Assembly (NCBI GenBank): GCA_035708865.1
Contig: DASTFF010000001.1
Location: forward strand, 4,333 to 68,332
Direction of reading: 5' to 3'
DNA length: 64,000 nucleotides
Origin: Gemmatimonadota bacterium
Lineage (GTDB): Bacteria > Gemmatimonadota > Gemmatimonadetes > JACCXV01 > JAHWKZ01
The notes under the pieces were generated by a model that was not told the origin of the DNA, did not search any database, and saw nothing but the letters and a program-made list of their open reading frames with translations. Made by a program: the position numbers and the translations under genes. Shown in pieces: positions 58,796 through 64,000 of the stretch; position 1 is the first letter of the stretch, and each line of letters starts with the position of its first letter.

Positions 58796-59991
58796 GCGCG
58801 CTTGCGCCCGGGTTCGAAGAACGGCGTCTCGACGACGGTCGCACGGGCCCTCTTCCGGCGATGCTCGATCGTCATCTCGAGCGCGACGTCCGTTCCAGGC
58901 TCGGCATGCGAGGCCGGGACGTGACTCAAGGCGATGTACTTCTTGAGGAGCGGCGACCAGCAGCCGCTGGTCGCGTACCCCACCTGCTCGCCCCCGTCGT
59001 AGACCGGCGTGCTCGTCCGCCAGGCGGTGGTCGGGAGCTGGGGCGGGAGCCCGACCTCGGAGAACAGCGCCTCCAGCGAGTCCCACTCCACGATCAGGCC
59101 GCGCAAGGCCCACGTCGAGCCGCGCTCGCGCTCCGCCTCGAGCGCCGCCTGGCCGACGAAGCGCGATTTCGCGCGGGCCACCGTCCACCCCAGGCCGAGC
59201 TCGAAGGGGGACGACTTCTGGGTTTCGATGAGGGCCCGCCGCGCCGAGACATAGTCGACGTCGATCAGCAGCAGCCCGGCCTCGATCCGCGCGACGTCCA
59301 TCGCCAGAAGGCCGGTCGGCAGCAGGCCCGCGGGCGCGCCGGCCGCGACGAGGAGGTCCCACAGCGCCTCGGCCCGTCCATTGGCGACCCAGATCTCGTA
59401 CCCCAGGTCACCGGTGTAGCCGGTGCGCGTCACGGTGACCGGGATCCCTCCCAGACACGCCTCCGCGGCGCGGAAGAAGCGCAGCCCCGTCAGGTCGGTG
59501 TCGGCGACACCCGTCAGGATCTCGCGGGCCGCCGGCCCCTGGAGGGACAGGGCGGCCGTCGCGGCGGTCTCGTCCTCGATCGCGACGTTCATCCCGACCG
59601 CGTTCTGGTGGAGCCAGCGCAGGTTGGGGTGGGCGGACGTCATGCGGAACCGGTCCTCCTCGAGCCGCGCCACCGTTCCGTCGTCGATCACCTTCCCCTC
59701 GGGGTCGCACCACGGCGTGTACAGGACCTGCCCCACCGCGCAGCGGGCCACGTCCCGGGTCACGATCCGGTCCAGGAGCGCGGCCGCGTCCGGCCCCCGG
59801 ATCCGGTACTTGAACAGCGGGGTCACGTCGATCAGCGCGGCGGTGCCACGGATGGCCGCATACTCCAGATCGTGGACCAGGTCGTATGAGGACGCCACCA
59901 CGTAGCCGGCCCAGCGGCGCCAGGCATGGCCGCGCACGAGCGCCGCAGTGCGGGAATGGAAGGGAGTGGTCCTCAGCCCGTGGATGGTCAT
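58792..59991 (-). CDS. GcvT-family THF-dependent aminomethyltransferase
   Basis: EYAAIR, DVTPLFK, GKVIDDGTV, LSLQGP, RTGYTGDLGYE, RIEAG, SPFELGLGW. Confidence 0.92.
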   Translation of the reverse strand: MTIHGLRTTPFHSRTAALVRGHAWRRWAGYVVASSYDLVHDLEYAAIRGTAALIDVTPLFKYRIRGPDAAALLDRIVTRDVARCAVGQVLYTPWCDPEGKVIDDGTVARLEEDRFRMTSAHPNLRWLHQNAVGMNVAIEDETAATAALSLQGPAAREILTGVADTDLTGLRFFRAAEACLGGIPVTVTRTGYTGDLGYEIWVANGRAEALWDLLVAAGAPAGLLPTGLLAMDVARIEAGLLLIDVDYVSARRALIETQKSSPFELGLGWTVARAKSRFVGQAALEAERERGSTWALRGLIVEWDSLEALFSEVGLPPQLPTTAWRTSTPVYDGGEQVGYATSGCWSPLLKKYIALSHVPASHAEPGTDVALEMTIEHRRKRARATVVETPFFEPGRKRA

Positions 59992-60015
59992 CCTTCGCCC
60001 CGCCGTCCCGGCGGA

Positions 60016-61947
60016 TCACCCAGGCGGGGGCGGAGAGGCCTCCTGGACCAGCCGGTCCACGAGGTGGTCGAGGTCCATCGTCCCGAGCTCACCCTCAGCG
60101 TGGGAGCGGACGCTCACCTTCCCGGTTCCCACCTCGCGCTCCCCCACGACGAGCATGTACGGGATCTTGTGAACCTCGGCATCGCGGATCTTGTAGCCGA
60201 CCCCCTCCCGCCGCGCGTCCACGTGCGGCCGCAGGCCCTTCCGGCGGAGGTGCTCGGCGACGGTCTCGGCATACTCGATGAACACGTCGCTCACCGGGAC
60301 GATCCGCACCTGCTCGGGCGCGAGCCAGGTCGGAAAGGCGCCGCCGTAGTGCTCGATCAGGATCCCCATGAAGCGCTCGATCGAGCCCAGGATGGCACGA
60401 TGGATGACGACCGGCCGCGCCTCGTCCCCCTCGGTGGCGGTGTAGACCAGATCGAACCGCTCTGGCAGGTTGAAGTCGCACTGGATTGTCGAGAGCTGCC
60501 ACCTCCGCCGCAGGACGTCGGTCACCTGGAAGTCGATCTTGGGGCCGTAGAAGGCGCCTTCGCCGGTCGCCTGGCGGTACTCGAGCCCGTTGGCCTCGAG
60601 CGCCTTCCTGAGCGCCGCCTCCGCCTTGTCCCACACCTCCTCCGACCCAAGCCGGCTCTCCGGCCTGAGCGAAAGATCGATGGCGATCTCGAACCCGAAC
60701 ACGTCCTCCATGACGTACCGTACCAGGCCGATGAGAGACGTCACCTCGTCCTGGATCTGGTCCGGCGTGCAGTAGATGTGGGCGTCGTCCTGCACGAAGG
60801 TCCGGACCCTGAAAAGACCGGTTACGACGCCCGATTTCTCGAACCGGTGGAGGCGCCCGAAGTCGGCGTAACGGAGCGGCAGGTCACGGTAGGATCGCTT
60901 CTGGGACGCGTACACGTAGACCGACGCAGGGCAGTTCATGGGCTTGACGGTCATCTCCCTCTCGTCGGCGGCCGTGAAGAACATGTTCTCCTTGTAGTGC
61001 TCGTAATGTCCGGAGCGGTGCCACAGCTCGACATCGAAGATCTGCGGGGTCACGATCTCGTCGTGCGGCCACCCATCCTCGTGAAGGTCGCGCATGAACC
61101 GCTGCAGGCGGTTGTAGATCCACGCCCCCTTGGGGTGGAAGTACGGGCTGGCGGGCGCATTGGGATGGAACGAGAACAGGTCCAGCTCCCTCCCCAGCTT
61201 CCGGTGGTCGCGCTTGCGCGCCTCCTCGATCCGCGCGAGGTGCTCCGCGAGCTCCTTCCGGGAGAAGAACGCGGTCCCGTAGATCCGCGTCAGCATCTTG
61301 TTGTGCTCGTCGCCCCGCCAGTAGGCGCCGGCGGTCGAGAGCAGCTTGAAGGTTCCGAGACGGCCGGTCGAGGGGACGTGCGGCCCGCGGCAGAGGTCGA
61401 GCCACTCCCCCTGCCGGTACAGGGTCAGCGTCTCGCCTTGGGGGATCGCCTCCACGATCTCGACCTTGTAGGACTCGTCCAGCTTCCGGAAGAGCTCCAC
61501 GGCGGCGTCCCGGGAGACTTCCTCGCGCTCGATCGGCAGGTCCTCGGCGACGATCTTCTGCATCTCGGCCTCGATGGCCTCGAAGTCGTCCGGCGTGAAC
61601 GGGCTCTGCCGGTCGAAGTCGTAGAAGAAGCCGTCCTCGATAACCGGGCCGATCGTGACCTTGGTCACGGGCCACAGCCGCTGGACGGCCTGCGCCATGA
61701 GATGGGCGGTCGAATGCCGGTACACTTCGAGCGCGAGCGCGTCACGCTCGGTCAGGATGCGGAGCGTGGCGTCGCCCTCCAGCGGCCGGCTCAGGTCCCA
61801 GGGGCGGCCGTCCACCTCGGCCACCAGCGCCGCCCGGGCGAGCCCGGCACCGATCCGGCCGGCCACATCGGCCGGCGTCGACCCGACCGGCATCTCGAGC
61901 ACCGAGGCGTCGGGGAGGGTCACGCGGATGATTTGTGAAGCGGACAT
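60016..61947 (-). CDS. thrS: Threonine--tRNA ligase
   Basis: RHSTAHLMAQA, DLCRGPH, GAYWRGD, RDHRKLG, KPMNCP, GAFYGPK, HRAILGSIERF. Confidence 0.98.
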   Translation of the reverse strand: MSASQIIRVTLPDASVLEMPVGSTPADVAGRIGAGLARAALVAEVDGRPWDLSRPLEGDATLRILTERDALALEVYRHSTAHLMAQAVQRLWPVTKVTIGPVIEDGFFYDFDRQSPFTPDDFEAIEAEMQKIVAEDLPIEREEVSRDAAVELFRKLDESYKVEIVEAIPQGETLTLYRQGEWLDLCRGPHVPSTGRLGTFKLLSTAGAYWRGDEHNKMLTRIYGTAFFSRKELAEHLARIEEARKRDHRKLGRELDLFSFHPNAPASPYFHPKGAWIYNRLQRFMRDLHEDGWPHDEIVTPQIFDVELWHRSGHYEHYKENMFFTAADEREMTVKPMNCPASVYVYASQKRSYRDLPLRYADFGRLHRFEKSGVVTGLFRVRTFVQDDAHIYCTPDQIQDEVTSLIGLVRYVMEDVFGFEIAIDLSLRPESRLGSEEVWDKAEAALRKALEANGLEYRQATGEGAFYGPKIDFQVTDVLRRRWQLSTIQCDFNLPERFDLVYTATEGDEARPVVIHRAILGSIERFMGILIEHYGGAFPTWLAPEQVRIVPVSDVFIEYAETVAEHLRRKGLRPHVDARREGVGYKIRDAEVHKIPYMLVVGEREVGTGKVSVRSHAEGELGTMDLDHLVDRLVQEASPPPPG

Positions 61948-62000
61948 GGGCGAGGGCAAGCTATCCGGGCCGTCCGGGCGCGGCAAAAGAATCGCCGCCG

Positions 62001-62387
62001 CTACAGGGCGCCGTACCGCCGCAGCGTCTTCTCGGTAACGACATAGACGAAGGCCGGCTCCGGAGCGCCCCCGGAGCCGGCCTCGCCGGCGACCGCGCGG
62101 GCCTTGATCCGCACGTAGAGCCCTTCGTGGACCCCCTCGTAAGCGTCCAGCCGCGCATAGTCCTCGCCGGTCAACCGGCGGTAGAGATTCCCTTCCACGA
62201 CGTCCCCGGGGGCGCCGAAGACGGTCGGAAAGGCGAGGCCTTCCAGTCGCAGGAGCTCGAAGTCGAGGAGCCGGGCGGCCTCAGCCTCGACAGGCTTCTC
62301 CAGGAGCCGGGCCGCGAACTCGGTGTCCAGGAGGGTCCCGTAGACGAACAGAGGCAGGGCGGGCGGGGGACCGAGCGTCTTCGTCAG
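62001..62387 (-). CDS. Gamma-glutamylcyclotransferase/AIG2-like protein (start uncertain)
   Basis: LFVYGTL, VEGNLY, LDAYEG...YVR, AFVY. Confidence 0.85.
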   Translation of the reverse strand: MTKTLGPPPALPLFVYGTLLDTEFAARLLEKPVEAEAARLLDFELLRLEGLAFPTVFGAPGDVVEGNLYRRLTGEDYARLDAYEGVHEGLYVRIKARAVAGEAGSGGAPEPAFVYVVTEKTLRRYGAL

Positions 62388-62716
62388 CGGCTCCCGGGGC
62401 CGCGCCAGCCCCAGCGCCCGAGATCCACGGTCCCGTCCGGCCGGAACACCACTCCCTCCTCCTCCAGGAGCGCGCGCTGGAGCGCGGCCGGCACACCCAC
62501 CTTCCAGATCGAGATCCCGCCCCGGTGGTTGACGACCCGCTGCCAGGGGACGTCGGACTCGTCCGGCAGGGCGTGCAGGGCCCAGCCCACCGTGCGCGCA
62601 GCGCGTGGCTTGCCACACAGGGCGGCGACGTGGCCGTAGGTGGTCACCTTACCGGCCGGAATCCTGCGCACCATGGCGTGGACCACCCCGAAGAAGCCCC
62701 CCGGCCGCCCGCTCAC
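62384..62716 (-). CDS. Alkyltransferase-like (ATL/MGMT family) DNA-binding protein
   Basis: IPAGKVTTYGHVA, ARTVGWAL, VPWQRVVN (Trp in place of the catalytic Cys). Confidence 0.9.
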   Translation of the reverse strand: MSGRPGGFFGVVHAMVRRIPAGKVTTYGHVAALCGKPRAARTVGWALHALPDESDVPWQRVVNHRGGISIWKVGVPAALQRALLEEEGVVFRPDGTVDLGRWGWRGPGSR

Positions 62717-63651
62717 CACGGCAGCGCGCTCCTGGCGACGAACCACACGTTGGCCGGCCGCTCGGCCAGCCGGCGCATGTACCACGGGAACCACGCGTCT
62801 CCGTAGCTGATCAGGACCCGCGTCCGGCATCCGGCGGCGGCCAGCCGGCGCTGGTGCTCGGCCCGGATGCCGTACAGCATCTGGAACTCGAGGTCGCCGT
62901 CCTCGATCCCCTGCTCGAGGGCCTGCCGCCGGATCCACGCGACGAGCCCCAGGTCGTGGGTCGCGAACGCGGCGCGCACCCCCCCCTGGCGCTGGGCGTC
63001 CAGCAGGATTTCCGCCAGGAGCATGTAGCGCTCGTCCACGTCCCTTTTTCGCGGGTAGGCCACATCCCCCGGTTCGCTGTACGCCCCCTTCACGAGCCGG
63101 ATGCCCGGGGCCAGCGGGAGGAGCGCAGCCAGGTCTTCGGCCGTCCGGTAGAGGTAGGCCTGCAGGCAGACGCCCACGTTGGTGTGACGCGCGCGGAGCG
63201 CACGGTAGAGGCGCAGGGTGGGCTCCACGTACGGGCTCGCCTCCATGTCGATCCAGAGCCACCGGTCGAGGGCCCCGCTCCGGGTGGCCAGCCGTTCCAG
63301 ATGGCCGAGCGTCCGGTCCGCGTCCAGGTCCAGCCCGAGCTGGCTCGGCTTGACCGAGATCTCGGCGTCGAGCCCGCGGCGACCGATCTCGTCCAGCACG
63401 CCGGCGTAGTGGTCGGCGACGGCGCCGGCCTGGGCCGGCTCGGTGATGTTCTCGCCGAGCTGGGTCAGCACCGTGCTCAGCCCGTGCGGCTCCAGGTCGC
63501 GCGCCGCGTCCAGCGCGTCCTCGGCGCGCTCGCCGGGCATGAACCGGCGGACCGCGCGGCGGGCGAACGGCAGCCGCGGGAAGCTCTCCTTGAGCCGCGC
63601 GCTCTGCGAGGCGCGCAGGAGGAGCCGGCGTGTCAGGCTCATCCTCGACAC
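62713..63651 (-). CDS. Monofunctional proline dehydrogenase
   Basis: RRFMPGE, SVKPSQLG, WIDME, QAYLYRT, RLVKGAY, ATHD, EFQMLYG, YMRRLAERP. Confidence 0.95.
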   Translation of the reverse strand: MSRMSLTRRLLLRASQSARLKESFPRLPFARRAVRRFMPGERAEDALDAARDLEPHGLSTVLTQLGENITEPAQAGAVADHYAGVLDEIGRRGLDAEISVKPSQLGLDLDADRTLGHLERLATRSGALDRWLWIDMEASPYVEPTLRLYRALRARHTNVGVCLQAYLYRTAEDLAALLPLAPGIRLVKGAYSEPGDVAYPRKRDVDERYMLLAEILLDAQRQGGVRAAFATHDLGLVAWIRRQALEQGIEDGDLEFQMLYGIRAEHQRRLAAAGCRTRVLISYGDAWFPWYMRRLAERPANVWFVARSALPW

Positions 63652-63672
63652 ACGGCGGTCAGGTTCCGGTTC

Positions 63673-64000
63673 TCATTTGTGATAGGGCTCGCCACGGAGG
63701 ATCGTGAACGCCCGGTAGATCTGCTCGGCCAGGACGACCTGGGCCAGCTCGTGAGAGAGGGTCTGGCGGCCGAGCGACACCCGCCGGTCGGCCTGCGCCA
63801 CCGCGGCCGCCGACATCCCGCCCGCTCCGCCGACCAGGAACACGACCCGTCCCGCACCTTCCTGCTGCCAGGCCGAGAGCATGGCCGCCCACTCCTCGGA
63901 GGTCAGGCTGTCGCCGCCGGGCGCGAGCGCCACCCGTCGGGTGCCCGGCCGGTCGCCGGCCGCCGCCAGCAGCCGCTCGCTCTCCTCGTCCACCGCCCGG
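63673..64000 (-). CDS. rlmH: 23S rRNA pseudouridine-1915 N3-methyltransferase (5' end outside window)
   Basis: FLVGGAGG, SLGRQTLSHELAQVVLAEQIYRA...GEPYHK. Confidence 0.95.
   Translation of the reverse strand, partial: RAVDEESERLLAAAGDRPGTRRVALAPGGDSLTSEEWAAMLSAWQQEGAGRVVFLVGGAGGMSAAAVAQADRRVSLGRQTLSHELAQVVLAEQIYRAFTILRGEPYHK

Noticed and set aside
58792-59991. Glycine cleavage system T protein (gcvT proper)
   Set aside because: No gcvH or gcvP is adjacent, and the N-terminal motifs (RRWAGY, DVTPLFK) differ from canonical GcvT as I recall it (FAGW, DVSHMG).
61948-62000. T-box riboswitch ahead of thrS (likewise pheS and aspS)
   Set aside because: The intergenic gaps are only about 35-60 nt and contain no T-box consensus.

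Overview
A 64 kb stretch of a high-GC bacterial chromosome. The rpoZ sequence, the FlgD/T9SS-type C-terminal-domain protein and the gene order suggest a Gemmatimonadota-like FCB-group lineage, but this is inference. Most of the window is minus-strand housekeeping: dnaB, udg, coaBC, rpoZ, gmk, yicC, selB, recO, mgtE, ybeY, a 7TM-HD phosphodiesterase, phoH, aspS, lon, pgsA, recN, nadK, dxs, recQ, ispA, xseAB, folD, tdk, ymdB, 6S RNA, zapA, pheST, rplT, rpmI, infC, thrS and rlmH. Two accessory blocks interrupt normally contiguous loci. (1) About 8 kb between tRNA-Gly/tRNA-Cys and tRNA-Leu(UAA) carries an SDR, a palindromic element, a two-domain multicopper oxidase plus ZIP transporter behind a DtxR/MntR-type box, two CDF exporters and an orphan priming glycosyltransferase. 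(2) About 10.5 kb splitting thrS from infC carries a glyoxalase, a betaine/ergothioneine-type ABC importer, a divergently transcribed EgtD-EgtB fusion (fungal Egt1 domain order, type I EgtB motifs) coupled to a divergent enolase-superfamily gene, and a convergent GcvT-like plus two flavin-oxidoreductase operon. Block 2 is the best candidate for an undescribed histidine-betaine/ergothioneine system, and it lacks egtA, egtC and egtE. No CRISPR array, integrase or transposase was seen. All calls come from reading motifs by eye; no searches were run.
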